Assembly (NCBI GenBank): GCA_965197905.1 | Contig: CBDAOB010000004.1 | Span: 608,001-672,000, forward strand | From: Candidatus Latescibacterota bacterium | GTDB lineage: Bacteria > Latescibacterota > UBA2968 > UBA8231 | Length of the DNA stretch: 64,000 bases | Reading direction: 5' to 3' | Shown: positions 44,700 to 54,670 of the stretch, in pieces | Position numbering within the stretch: the first letter of the stretch is position 1 | How the letters are laid out: each line of letters begins with the position of its first letter | Translations under genes and position numbers: made by a program | The notes under the pieces: generated by a model | What the model was told of the DNA's origin: nothing | Database searches by the model: none | What the model saw: the letters and a program-made list of their open reading frames with translations, nothing else

Positions 44700-47503
44700 T
44701 TGAGCCCTCTTTCCCTCCAGATTTCAGCCGCTTTCAACGCCGAGACGTTGCGGACGAGCAGCTGGTTGTCCAGCAGAACAGCCAGATCATTCGGAGCTAT
44801 ACCCAGCGAGTCCCTCTTGGCTTGTCCTTGCTCAAGGAGCAGCAGGCCGGTCCCGTCTCCTGTGTCTTCGACCAACGATGTAGCTTCAATTTGGGCGGCG
44901 GCGGCGGCCTGTCGCCAGTCGTAGGTTGCCCTCTGCGCCAACGCCTTGTTGCTGGCTCTTAGATAGAGGGTAAACCGATTCGGTCGCGAAAGGTTCAACA
45001 CGGCCCTGCGTTCCAGCTCTTCGCGGTCTTCTGCAGGCAGGGAAGGCGGCACGACGTATTGGATCTTGAGATCGACGCCCTCTTGTGCAAACGCGTCGAC
45101 GAACTCCAGGTCAGCGGGAAATTCCCCAAAAGGCAGAAACACGTCGATACGGTCGACGTGTCGCGGACGTAAGAACCAGACGCTTTTTTGGGAAATCCTG
45201 CTGTTCACCACGAAGTCCCCCCCTACCTGATCGACCATTCGGCGCAGCCTGGGAAACCGTGGGCTGCTTGAAAAAGCGTTCGATAAAATATAGGTGGGGA
45301 ACATCGTAACACCATACTGTTTAACGAGTTTTTCACCTTCCAGATCGTCTCCCGAGACGTTTTTTACATCTACCTGGGGGAACAGCTTCATCGTCGAACG
45401 CAGGAAATCCCCGGTGTCGCATTGCCGGCATGCGTCGCTATTGAGCACCGTTAGCGTGAAATCGGCCGGTTCCAGGTATTCGCATTGAGCATTTGAGGAG
45501 TTTGGGTTGCTGCACAGAGCAACAAATCCCGGTCGGTGGGGGCAATCGGCATCAGTGCCGCAATCGGGGATCTGCTGGCACAAGGACGCGTCTACGCCCT
45601 CCGCGCAGAGGTATCGCAGCAGGCTCACTGGTTCGAGGCTCCCCTCATATTCCGTTCCGTCCAGATGAACCGTGGGAGAAACATTTACACCCAGTTGATT
45701 CGCCATACCGATGTTTTCCCGTAAGAGCCGCTCTCCCTCGGGCCCCTTGGCTGCCTGTTCCAGCGCTTCTCCGTCGATTTCGAGCGCCTCGGCGCATGCG
45801 GTCCAATCCCCCGCCGGCCCCTGGTTGCTGCGACAGAGGACGTAGGGGATAAAATTCGCCGGAGCTTCCGACCGCAATACGAGCTGGCGGCGGCTCTCGT
45901 CGATCTCATTCTGTCCGTGCAGACTGAGAAAGGGGCCGTCGCCACTGGAAGTAGATTTTTCGCATCCTTGCCGATTCGAGGCACGGGATCCAATGGAAGA
46001 TACACGTTCGGACAACACCCCAGGTTCCGCGGCGAGATCGGCGATGAAATGCAGGTTCAATCGCAAGTGGTTTTTGAGCTGTTCCGCCAAGGGAAGCAGC
46101 AATGATTCTGCGCGCATGCCGTACGGGCACAAGCTCATCACGAAAAGGTCCAGCACTACTGGATCGGTGCGGTTCGCCCAGCGCTTCGGCCGCTCCTCAC
46201 CCGAATACGGAATCGATCGGCGGTGATTGATCTTGCCGACAAACTCCTCGTCGTGAGTACTGAATTCCGGGCTCATCTCTGGGGTGTGGCACTGCTGGCA
46301 GAATCGAGGACCGACGTCGCGCCGGATGTTCGTCGCCAATGGCCTGGAGATATGGCGCGACCCGGGGCCGTGACAGACCTCACACTGCACTCCGTCGAGC
46401 ACCGGGCTGCGATCGCCGATCTGAAATCCGGACTCGTACCCGAATCCGGTGGTGTGGCAACTCACGCAGTCGGCGAAGAACTGTCGGTTCCGTTGTTGCA
46501 GGGTCGCGTAGGCCACAGCGTGCAGCGAAGCCGACCAGTCATCGTATTCACGTCGATGGCACGGGGCACACGACTCAACTCCTGCGTAGGTCAGGTCGGG
46601 TTTCGATTCCAGGCCGTTCTCAGGCCCAACCCGAGGATCCTGGTCTGCGTGGGGCGCCGAAACCGACCGGTAGAATTCGTCGATGATGTGCTGCACGGTC
46701 GAGAGGACGGGAAGCTCCGCGCCCACGGGAAGCTGCATCACTTCTCCTGCATGTAACCCGACGGCTGATGAGCCCCGGAGATCGATGCGGCCTACGTGAG
46801 TTCCTTTTGAGCGCGCTGAGACCAGCTTCGCTTGCCCGATCCGTGTCTCATCCGGTCCGTGATGACCGACGATGAGGTCAACCGTTGGTAACTGCTGTGC
46901 AAGTTCACGATTTCGTTGCCGCCCGAGGGCACTGAGAACGATGGTGAAATCAACGGCCCCCATGGACTCGATCTGCTGGCGCAATCGGGTCAACGGAGCG
47001 TCGAACAGAGTCCCGTCCTCTGGCGCGACGCCTAGAATGCCCAACCGCCATTCCCCGCGTTGAAGAACGCGATGGGGCGAAATGGAAACACTCGCCGCGC
47101 CGGCTTTCAGGTTGGTCGAAACCAGCGGTAGTGCGAACGGTCTTGCCGCGTCGTAGAGAAACTCCGCTCCGTATGAGAAGTCCGAACTGCTGACGTTGAT
47201 GGCATCGTAGCCAAGCTCGCCCAGTGCTTCCGCGTAGGTTTGCATCCTGGGTTCGTCGCGCTCCTCCCCCGCTTCGAAGAAACCCCCTGCGTCGACCAGA
47301 ACTAGCGACGGGTCGTCGGCTCGAAGCCGAGTCAGCAACGCGCCTCGCCGCGCTACGCCCCCGAGCTGGCCCTCCTGACAGCCGCACACCTCCAAATAGG
47401 CACGGGCGTCACCGGTAAAACAGATACCCAGCTCGCCGTCAGTGGCGAAGGCGACGGCGGTCGCCCAGCACAGGATTCCAAAGAAAAGTGATAGTCGTTT
47501 CAT
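44696..47503 (-). CDS. Exported multidomain protein: UshA-like domain (CGC) + tetraheme cytochrome c + GILT/thioredoxin-like domains
   Basis: Signal peptide MKRLSLFFGILCWATAVAFA; EVCGC..GQLGG; CAPCH, CVSCH, CEVCH, CQQCH; FVMSLCPYG and LGVNVSPT. ATGA overlap with the upstream gene. Confidence 0.85.
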   Translation of the reverse strand: MKRLSLFFGILCWATAVAFATDGELGICFTGDARAYLEVCGCQEGQLGGVARRGALLTRLRADDPSLVLVDAGGFFEAGEERDEPRMQTYAEALGELGYDAINVSSSDFSYGAEFLYDAARPFALPLVSTNLKAGAASVSISPHRVLQRGEWRLGILGVAPEDGTLFDAPLTRLRQQIESMGAVDFTIVLSALGRQRNRELAQQLPTVDLIVGHHGPDETRIGQAKLVSARSKGTHVGRIDLRGSSAVGLHAGEVMQLPVGAELPVLSTVQHIIDEFYRSVSAPHADQDPRVGPENGLESKPDLTYAGVESCAPCHRREYDDWSASLHAVAYATLQQRNRQFFADCVSCHTTGFGYESGFQIGDRSPVLDGVQCEVCHGPGSRHISRPLATNIRRDVGPRFCQQCHTPEMSPEFSTHDEEFVGKINHRRSIPYSGEERPKRWANRTDPVVLDLFVMSLCPYGMRAESLLLPLAEQLKNHLRLNLHFIADLAAEPGVLSERVSSIGSRASNRQGCEKSTSSGDGPFLSLHGQNEIDESRRQLVLRSEAPANFIPYVLCRSNQGPAGDWTACAEALEIDGEALEQAAKGPEGERLLRENIGMANQLGVNVSPTVHLDGTEYEGSLEPVSLLRYLCAEGVDASLCQQIPDCGTDADCPHRPGFVALCSNPNSSNAQCEYLEPADFTLTVLNSDACRQCDTGDFLRSTMKLFPQVDVKNVSGDDLEGEKLVKQYGVTMFPTYILSNAFSSSPRFPRLRRMVDQVGGDFVVNSRISQKSVWFLRPRHVDRIDVFLPFGEFPADLEFVDAFAQEGVDLKIQYVVPPSLPAEDREELERRAVLNLSRPNRFTLYLRASNKALAQRATYDWRQAAAAAQIEATSLVEDTGDGTGLLLLEQGQAKRDSLGIAPNDLAVLLDNQLLVRNVSALKAAEIWRERGLN

Positions 47504-48810
47504 CGCGGTCGGTTGCGCCATCGCGAATAGGTGGGATAAGCCATCAGCAGCAAGAAAAACGGGGCGAACTGGATCCATTTGACCCAGACATTCTCGACCC
47601 ATATACCCGTCGCGCTGTAGACGGCGATCGCGTTGTAGGACACGAAAACGGCAGCACTTAGAAACGTCCACCCAGGCACTGGAAAAAGGACCTGAAACGG
47701 CAAGATCCATAGGAGGTACCAGGGATGCAGAACCGGCGACAACAACAGGTTCGCGCCCACAATCGTCGCCGCGGCACGGAATGGGTCACGGTAGCGCACA
47801 TACGCCCAGACTAAGGCACCCAATAAGAGTCCGCCGCAGAGCAATTTGGCATCGTAGAGGGCGACGTCGTCCGGATCCAGTCCGGGTTCTTTGATGGCTG
47901 CGTAGAGCAAGGAGAAAACGGCATCGTTAAAGCGCCATTTTGCCAGGAAGATCTGCAGACCGGAGAAGATATCCCGGCCAGCGTCGGCGAAAAGAAGAAG
48001 AGCGACCGCCGTCCCGACGGGAAACCAGAGTAGGGGAAGGCGTGATTTCCATTCGCGCCAACGAGAATCTGCGTCACGCCACAGGATCGGAAGAACGAGG
48101 ATCGGGAGCAGCTTGGCCATGAAAGCGGCGGCCAGACCCCAGGCGGCCGCCGTACGCTGCCGACGCGTCAGTAAGTACAGGGAACTCAACAAGAGGAAAA
48201 CTCCGAAGGTATCGAGATGCCCACTTCCCGCGACCTCGAAGACCGGGAGCGGATTCCACGCATACAACACCACTCGCCGGGGGTCCTCGCCGCAACTCTG
48301 CAATATCCTGACCAACAACAGGATGATCGCGCAGTCGAAGGTCGTGAAGATCGCCTTCATCATGAAGACCGTCGGGGAAACGGCGCAGGCCAGTCGAAAC
48401 AGAATCTGACTCACGGGCGGATAGATCGTCGAGATCTCTTTGTGGTTGATATGCTGCCACGCCTCGTTTCGCAGGAAGAGCAACTCTTCGCTCTCCGGCG
48501 GATGGAGATATGGATTGATGCCGGCTAGCTGCACCCTGCCATCCCACAGATAGCGGTAGAGATCGTCCGAAAGCGAAGGCTCGGTCGGCAACAACGTCAG
48601 GCGGAACAGCAGCGCTGCCGCCACAATCCATCCCACCTTCCATTGAACTCCTCTCCAGACAGCCCTGGAAGCGATCAGATATATGCAGAAAGCAAGGAAA
48701 AGGGCGGACCAGAATTCGGGCATCCGCTGTTTCAGGTCGCCCAAGTAAACGAAGAAGACCAGGGCGGCTTCCATTCCCAGCGCCAGAAACGCGAAGCGGA
48801 TGTAAATCAC
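47500..48810 (-). CDS. GT87-like (GT-C) integral-membrane glycosyltransferase
   Basis: LSDDLYRYLWDG..Q..GINPY, TIYPP, YAWNPL..E..GSGHLD, LHPWY. Confidence 0.88.
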   Translation of the reverse strand: MIYIRFAFLALGMEAALVFFVYLGDLKQRMPEFWSALFLAFCIYLIASRAVWRGVQWKVGWIVAAALLFRLTLLPTEPSLSDDLYRYLWDGRVQLAGINPYLHPPESEELLFLRNEAWQHINHKEISTIYPPVSQILFRLACAVSPTVFMMKAIFTTFDCAIILLLVRILQSCGEDPRRVVLYAWNPLPVFEVAGSGHLDTFGVFLLLSSLYLLTRRQRTAAAWGLAAAFMAKLLPILVLPILWRDADSRWREWKSRLPLLWFPVGTAVALLLFADAGRDIFSGLQIFLAKWRFNDAVFSLLYAAIKEPGLDPDDVALYDAKLLCGGLLLGALVWAYVRYRDPFRAAATIVGANLLLSPVLHPWYLLWILPFQVLFPVPGWTFLSAAVFVSYNAIAVYSATGIWVENVWVKWIQFAPFFLLLMAYPTYSRWRNRPR

Positions 48811-49301
48811 CGGGTCACTCGCCGTGCTCCGGTGTACCTGTTGACGAAATACGGGTGGGCCATTTCGGTGATCGTGCCACCGCGGCTGGCGCTTGCATGT
48901 GCAAAACGGCCGTCTCCGACGAAGATACCCACGTGTGACACCCCCGGTCCCGAATAGGTGTTCTTGAAGAATACCAGGTCACCCGGTTTCAGATCCTTTT
49001 TCTTCACGATTCTTCCCACCTGAAACATCTCTTTGGAGGTTCTTGGAAGCTCGATGCCGTAGGTCTCGCGAACGATGGCACGGGTGAAGGCTGAACAGTC
49101 CATCCCGGAGCGGGTCGTACCGCCCCATTGATACGGAATCCCGAGATAGGAATCGACTACCTTGCCCAGGTTCTTGCCGCCCCGTTTTCGCTTTTGGAGC
49201 TCAGAGACCACCGCCTCCTGGCCCCCGGATGAAGTGTAGCGCGGAACGGGAGTAATCGAGCCGCACGAAACACCCAGAACCCATAAGATAAGGGCGATCA
49301 C
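48807..49301 (-). CDS. NlpC/P60 (C40) peptidase lipoprotein
   Basis: LGVS-C lipobox, PYQWGG, DCSAF, LPRTS, GDLVFF, HVGIF, FAHAS. Confidence 0.93.
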   Translation of the reverse strand: MIALILWVLGVSCGSITPVPRYTSSGGQEAVVSELQKRKRGGKNLGKVVDSYLGIPYQWGGTTRSGMDCSAFTRAIVRETYGIELPRTSKEMFQVGRIVKKKDLKPGDLVFFKNTYSGPGVSHVGIFVGDGRFAHASASRGGTITEMAHPYFVNRYTGARRVTR

Positions 49302-49470
49302 ACCAGGGTTCGCATGCCTGAGACAACCGCTTGCGGTCCGAATGACGGCGGCCTACCTTCTCGCGCAGGACTCGGGGTCAGCTACAACGCTGCGCGGGGT
49401 TCGATACGGGATCTGGGCTGCGGGGAAGAATTCGTATTTCCTAAATATACACAGTGTTGCAGGTGAAATC

Positions 49471-50019
49471 ATGTCAGACGAGGTGGAATATTCCACGTTA
49501 GGCGCCGGATGCTTCTGGTGCGTCGAAGCGGTTTTTCAGAACCTCAAGGGCGTAGTCAGCGTGGTTTCCGGTTATGCCGGGGGCCATGTCCCTTCGCCTT
49601 CCTATCAACAGATCTGCTCCGGAACTACCGGCCATGCCGAGGTCGCCCGGGTAGGGTTTGATCCGAAGATCCTGGAATTCGCGGAAATCCTCCACGTTTT
49701 CTGGCGCACCCACGATCCCACGACCCTCAATCGCCAGGGGAACGACCAGGGCACCCAGTACCGATCCAGCATCATGTATCATTCGGAGGGGCAGCGGTTG
49801 GTGGCGGAGCGATCCAAAGCTGAAACCGACGCGTCCGACCTGTGGTCCGACCCGATCGTTACCGAGATCGTGCCGCTGGATCAGTTCTACCCGGCGGAGT
49901 CGTATCATCAGAATTACTACCGATCCAACCCGAACCAGCCGTACTGCCAGGTGATCATTGATCCGAAAATCAGAAAGCTGCGCGCTGAGTTCAGCGATCG
50001 GTTGGCGGATCCGGCCTGA
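49471..50019 (+). CDS. msrA: Peptide methionine (S)-sulfoxide reductase
   Basis: GCFWC, GHAE, HDPTTLNRQGNDQGTQYRS, AE.YHQ.YY. Confidence 0.96.
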   Translation: MSDEVEYSTLGAGCFWCVEAVFQNLKGVVSVVSGYAGGHVPSPSYQQICSGTTGHAEVARVGFDPKILEFAEILHVFWRTHDPTTLNRQGNDQGTQYRSSIMYHSEGQRLVAERSKAETDASDLWSDPIVTEIVPLDQFYPAESYHQNYYRSNPNQPYCQVIIDPKIRKLRAEFSDRLADPA

Positions 50020-50052
50020 GGTACGACGCGGACAGGGTTGGCACGCGGGTGA

Positions 50053-50313
50053 ATGACCGTGGCTGGCAAGGACGTTCGCACTATTTCCATTCATTGCGCC
50101 GGTTGCCGTTCGCTGCTTTACAAGTACCGCAAAGGCGGCCGCGGAGGCCTGGTGAAGTGCAGGCCCGAGCGGATCGTGGAGGATCGAACCAAGGGTGATC
50201 TGAAATGCCCGGACTGCGGCAGTGAGTTTGCTCGTTTCAAGATGATGGGCGGTCACCCTGCGCACAAAATCATTCAAGGCAAGGTGTATACCAAGGGCAT
50301 GTCGCGAAAGTAG
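50053..50313 (+). CDS. Small basic zinc-ribbon protein
   Basis: CAGC...LYKY.K.G.G.LVKC...CPDC; co-oriented between msrA and the aminotransferase. Confidence 0.7.
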   Translation: MTVAGKDVRTISIHCAGCRSLLYKYRKGGRGGLVKCRPERIVEDRTKGDLKCPDCGSEFARFKMMGGHPAHKIIQGKVYTKGMSRK

Positions 50314-50384
50314 CCCATCGACGGCTCAATGGTTCGTTTGGCTTTTGAAGAAGGCAAACGGCCACGCATGACGAAAGGCAACCA

Positions 50385-51719
50385 GTGAAATCCTCGCACG
50401 ACAACATCTTTCATCGCGCCCGGAAGACGGACTGGCCCGTTGTCTCGCACGGAGACGGGGTCTACATCTTCGATACGGAGGGCAGGAAGTACCTCGACGC
50501 CTGCGCCGGGGTCCACGTGGTCAGCATCGGTCACGGCGTTGCCCGAATTGCAGAAGCGATGAAGAAACAAGCCGAAAAGATCTGCTTCCCGTATGGGCGG
50601 TTCCTTTCCGAACCCCAGATCGATTTGGCTGGCCAGGTTGCTCGCATGGCACCCGGAGACCTGTCTCGAGTCTTCTTCGTATCCGGCGGTTCCGAGGCAA
50701 CCGAGGCGGCAATGAAGATGGCGCGGAAATACCATGTAGAGAACGGAGATCACGGCAAATACAGGGTGATCACCAGATGGCAGAGTTGGCATGGAAATAC
50801 CATCGGTGCCCTCTCCATGTCGGGTCGCTCCGTGTGGCGCAACGACTACGCGCCGTACCTGCTCGACTTTCCGCACATCACTCCTCCCATTCCGTACCGC
50901 TGCCCCTATTGCAGCGAGCGGAACGAGTGCCAGCTGAGCTGCGCCGAGGAGCTGGAAAGAACAATAAAGCAGGAGGGGAGCGAAAACATATCCGCTTTCA
51001 TCGCCGAACCGGTGTTGGGCACCTCATGTGCCGGCGTCGCCCCGCCACCGGAGTATTTTCGCATTGTGCGCGAGATCTGCGATCGCCACAACATTCTGTT
51101 TATCGTAGATGAGGTAGTTACCGGATTCGGGCGCACCGGACTGGACTTCGGCATACAGCACTGGGATGTGACGCCGGACATCATTGCCACGGGCAAGGGC
51201 CTCAGCAGCGGTTATACCCCGATCGCGGCCACCATAGCCAGCGAGAAGGTCTACGACGCGATCTATCGCGACAACGACGCTTTCGTTCACGGCCACACCT
51301 ATGGCGCCAACGCGCTTTCCTGCGCCGTGGCCCTCGAAGTGCAGAATTACGTGCGCGAGCACGATCTCGTAGCGCGTTGTCGCAGGATGGGTGACCTGAT
51401 GCTGGAACAGATGAAACCTCTTGAAGAGCTGCCGATGGTGGGCGAGGTGAGGGGGAAAGGGCTTCTTATCGGGGTCGAATTCGTTGCCGACAAAGCGAAA
51501 CGAACACCGTTTGATCCACAGATCGGACTGACGGGGAAAATCGTCAATCGCTGCATGGAAAAGGAGGTGCTCATTATGCCAGGCGCTCCGGGACTCATCG
51601 ATGGCGTCGAGGGCGATCACATTGCCCTCAGTCCCCCGTTCACGATTACCGAGGAGGAGATCGCGCATACGGTGGCGGTAGTGCGCGACAGCATTGGCGA
51701 AATCGCCAGTGAAATCTAA
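50385..51719 (+). CDS. Class III aminotransferase
   Basis: YLDACAG, SGGSEATE, WHGNT, AFIAEP, DEVVTGFGRTG, TGKGL, HGHTY. Confidence 0.93.
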   Translation: MKSSHDNIFHRARKTDWPVVSHGDGVYIFDTEGRKYLDACAGVHVVSIGHGVARIAEAMKKQAEKICFPYGRFLSEPQIDLAGQVARMAPGDLSRVFFVSGGSEATEAAMKMARKYHVENGDHGKYRVITRWQSWHGNTIGALSMSGRSVWRNDYAPYLLDFPHITPPIPYRCPYCSERNECQLSCAEELERTIKQEGSENISAFIAEPVLGTSCAGVAPPPEYFRIVREICDRHNILFIVDEVVTGFGRTGLDFGIQHWDVTPDIIATGKGLSSGYTPIAATIASEKVYDAIYRDNDAFVHGHTYGANALSCAVALEVQNYVREHDLVARCRRMGDLMLEQMKPLEELPMVGEVRGKGLLIGVEFVADKAKRTPFDPQIGLTGKIVNRCMEKEVLIMPGAPGLIDGVEGDHIALSPPFTITEEEIAHTVAVVRDSIGEIASEI

Positions 51720-51745
51720 CCTGAAAGACCGCTGCGAATCCCACG

Positions 51746-52285
51746 ATGGCTGAAGCGACCGCAAAGATTGGAATCTTGACGGTGTCCGACCGTGCCAGTC
51801 GGGGCGAGTACGAAGACCGGGGTGGACCTGCGATTCGGGAGTACTTGGAGGAGATCCTGACCTCACCGTGGACCGCAGTGCCGCGAGTGATTTCTGATGA
51901 TCAGGACCTGTTAGAGTCGGCGTTGACCGAGCTCTGCGACACCGAATCGTGTTGCCTGATCATCACCACCGGCGGAACCGGTCCCGCGGAGAGGGATGTC
52001 ACTCCAGAGGCGACGGAAGCGGTGTGCGGCAAGATGATGCCCGGGTTCGGCGAACTGATGCGCAAGGTGTCGCTGGAGAAGGTGCCCACCGCGATCCTGT
52101 CGCGGCAGACTGCCGGCATTAGGGGACAGGCGCTCGTCGTCAACCTGCCCGGTCAGCCCAAAGCGATTCGGGAGTGCCTGGATGCGGTGTTCCCCGCTAT
52201 CCCATACTGCGTCGATCTGATTGGCGGACCGTATCTGACCACCGATGAAGACCGGTTGGCTTGTTTCAGACCTAAGAAGAAATAG
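51746..52285 (+). CDS. mog: Molybdopterin adenylyltransferase
   Basis: TVSDRAS.G.YED, TTGGTG...RDVTPEA, PTAILSRQ, NLPGQPKAI, PAIPYC.DL. Confidence 0.95.
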   Translation: MAEATAKIGILTVSDRASRGEYEDRGGPAIREYLEEILTSPWTAVPRVISDDQDLLESALTELCDTESCCLIITTGGTGPAERDVTPEATEAVCGKMMPGFGELMRKVSLEKVPTAILSRQTAGIRGQALVVNLPGQPKAIRECLDAVFPAIPYCVDLIGGPYLTTDEDRLACFRPKKK

Positions 52286-52293
52286 GAGAATCG

Positions 52294-53284
52294 ATGAGCC
52301 CTTCATCGAGCGGAACCATCCCGGTCTACGTTGGTACCTACACGCACAGGGAGAGTGTGGGCGTCTACGTCTACACCCTCGATCTGCAGTCCGGAAAGCT
52401 GGAGTACCATTCCGAACTTGCCGACATTGAGCAACCTTCTTTCCTGGGTTTGAGCCCTGACCAGCGCCACCTCTACGTCATCAATGAGCTCGTTCCCAAC
52501 GGCCAGCTTACCGCTTGTTCCATCCATGAGTCCAGTGGCAAGCTCGAGCAGTTGAATGTCCAGAGCACCAGGGGTTCGAGTCCTTGTTACGTCGTAGTGC
52601 ATCCCAACGGCCGTTTCGCCCTGGTATCCAACTATCTCTCCGGTACCTTGACGGTGCTGCCGATCGAGCCGGATGGCAGCCTCGGCCCGGTGATTGACGA
52701 AGTGCAGCATGAGGGTTCGAGTGTCGATCCAGAGAGGCAGAAGGAGCCCCACGCCCACGCGGCGGTGTTGGATCCTGCCGGCAACTTCGCATTCGGGCCC
52801 GATCTTGGAATCGATAGGGTCATGATCTATGAGTTTGACGCGGATACCGGAAAGCTGACGCCTGGCGAGCAGCCGTGGGTGGAATCGGAACCCGGGGTTG
52901 GGCCGCGGCATTTGACTTTCCACCCATCCGCGAAGTTTGCGTACCTCATCAACGAGCCGGGTTCGACGATGAGCACCTTCACTTATGAAGGTACGAGCGG
53001 GGGACTGAAGCAGATTCAGACGTTGAGTACCCTGCCCGACGATTTCGACGGGACCAACCACACTTGGCATGCTCGAACGGGTGCAAGTGGTATCCACCAA
53101 AGGCAGCTCACCGCGCAACTTCGCCATCGATCCTTCCGGTGCATTCCTCCTGGTAGCAAATCAAGAAACGGATTCCATCGTGTCCTTCAGACGGGACGAC
53201 GATTCCGGAATGCTCAGTGAAATTGGGCATGCAGTCGAGGTTTCCATGCCGGTATGCCTGAAGATTGCTTACACAACCTCATAG
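52294..53284 (+). pseudogene. pgl: 6-phosphogluconolactonase (YbhE-type propeller) with an internal deletion and frameshift
   Basis: YVGTYT, RQ.EPHAH, DLG.D, GPRH and INE in frame 1; PRNFAIDP.G..L.VANQ in frame 2. The blade carrying SNRG is absent at about 53064. Confidence 0.85.
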
Positions 53285-53291
53285 GTGACCC

Positions 53292-53585
53292 ATGGGTATC
53301 TTCGGAAAACTGTTTGGCGGCTCTTCAAAGGAGAAACCTGCCGGTGAAGCGGCGCAGCTCCGCAAGATGTTGGAATCGTCCAAGGGGCAAACCCAGAAAG
53401 ATCTGACGCGGGACGCAGCACCCAAGGAGGCGGTCCAGTATGTCTACCGCCAGCTCAAACAGGGTGTGCCACCGGATGAGCTGCAGGCCGATCTCGTCGG
53501 CCGCGGTTTCGCCGCCGAGGTGGCGGACAGCTACATAGATCTGGTACTCAAGACCATGTTCAAAGGGAAGGGAACCAGGGGCTAG
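53292..53585 (+). CDS. Hypothetical protein (97 aa)
   Basis: Operon-like position with AGGTG RBS; N-terminal MGIFGKLFGG. Confidence 0.65.
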   Translation: MGIFGKLFGGSSKEKPAGEAAQLRKMLESSKGQTQKDLTRDAAPKEAVQYVYRQLKQGVPPDELQADLVGRGFAAEVADSYIDLVLKTMFKGKGTRG

Positions 53586-53598
53586 GTCCCACTCGAGA

Positions 53599-54663
53599 AT
53601 GAACGGCAACCAACCACGGGCGTGGGGCGAAATAGACGGTCAATCGGTCTTCCTGTGGACCCTCCGAAACAGCGCCGGGCTGTGCGCAAAAATCACCAAC
53701 TACGGCTGCATTCTGAGCGAGATGCGCATTCCCGACCGCAGCGGCGGATCTCGCGATGTCGCCCTGGGATTCGACAATCTGGACGGCTACCTGTCGGACC
53801 ATCCGTATTTCGGCGCCATCATCGGTCGCGTCGCCAATCGCACCTCGGGGGCCCAGTTTCAACTGGACGGAGTGACCCACAAGATCAGCGCCAACAACGG
53901 CAACCATCATGTGCATGGAGGATTCAAAGGCTTCGACAAAAGGGTGTGGACCGCCGTTGAAGAGGCGACAGACTTGCTGACCTTGCGCTACCATAGTCCC
54001 GACGGCGAGGAAGGGTCTCCGGGCGCGGTGACCGCACGCATCACCTACAAGCTGACGCAGAGAAACGAGCTTCGTATCGATTATTTCGCCGAAGCTCGGT
54101 CTCCGACGGTCGTCAACCTGACCCATCACGGCTATTGGAATCTGGGAGGTCATGACGGGGATACGGTGTTGGGTCACGAACTGCAGATGGCGGCCTCCAG
54201 CTTCACGGACGCGGATGAGGACCACACCTCGACCGGAGAAGTGCTACCGGTCGAAGGCACGGCGTTCGACTTCAGAGCGCCAAAGCGGATCGGTGCCGAC
54301 ATCAGCCGGATAGAATTCCCCGGAGATGCGGATCCGCTCGGGTACGATCTGAACTTGGTGCTCGACCGCTCGGGTGGTGGGCTGCAAACTGCTGCGAGCG
54401 TCAGAGACCCACATTCGGGTTGTGCCATGGAGCTTGAGACCACCAAGCCGGGGTTGGTCCTTTACACCGGGAATTACCTGGACGGCACCTGCGTCGGAAA
54501 GGGTGGGGTGCCCTACGTCAAGCAGGCCGCGTTCTGCCTCGAAGCGCAACACTTTCCTGACGCGGTGAATAGAGGCGGTTCATTTGGTTGGCCCTCGGTG
54601 GTTCTGCGCCCTGGAGAAACTTACGACCATACGGATCTGATTCGGTTTTCCGTGACGCCATAG
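53599..54663 (+). CDS. galM: Aldose 1-epimerase (galactose mutarotase)
   Basis: GRVANR, HGG..GFD, NLTHHGYWNL, FDFR, YTGN, LEAQHFPD. Confidence 0.95.
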   Translation: MNGNQPRAWGEIDGQSVFLWTLRNSAGLCAKITNYGCILSEMRIPDRSGGSRDVALGFDNLDGYLSDHPYFGAIIGRVANRTSGAQFQLDGVTHKISANNGNHHVHGGFKGFDKRVWTAVEEATDLLTLRYHSPDGEEGSPGAVTARITYKLTQRNELRIDYFAEARSPTVVNLTHHGYWNLGGHDGDTVLGHELQMAASSFTDADEDHTSTGEVLPVEGTAFDFRAPKRIGADISRIEFPGDADPLGYDLNLVLDRSGGGLQTAASVRDPHSGCAMELETTKPGLVLYTGNYLDGTCVGKGGVPYVKQAAFCLEAQHFPDAVNRGGSFGWPSVVLRPGETYDHTDLIRFSVTP

Positions 54664-54670
54664 GCAAGCG

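Noticed and set aside
47375..47390. Selenocysteine recoding at the CGC motif
   Set aside because: The codons are TGC-GGC-TGT with no in-frame TGA, so this is a Cys-type homolog
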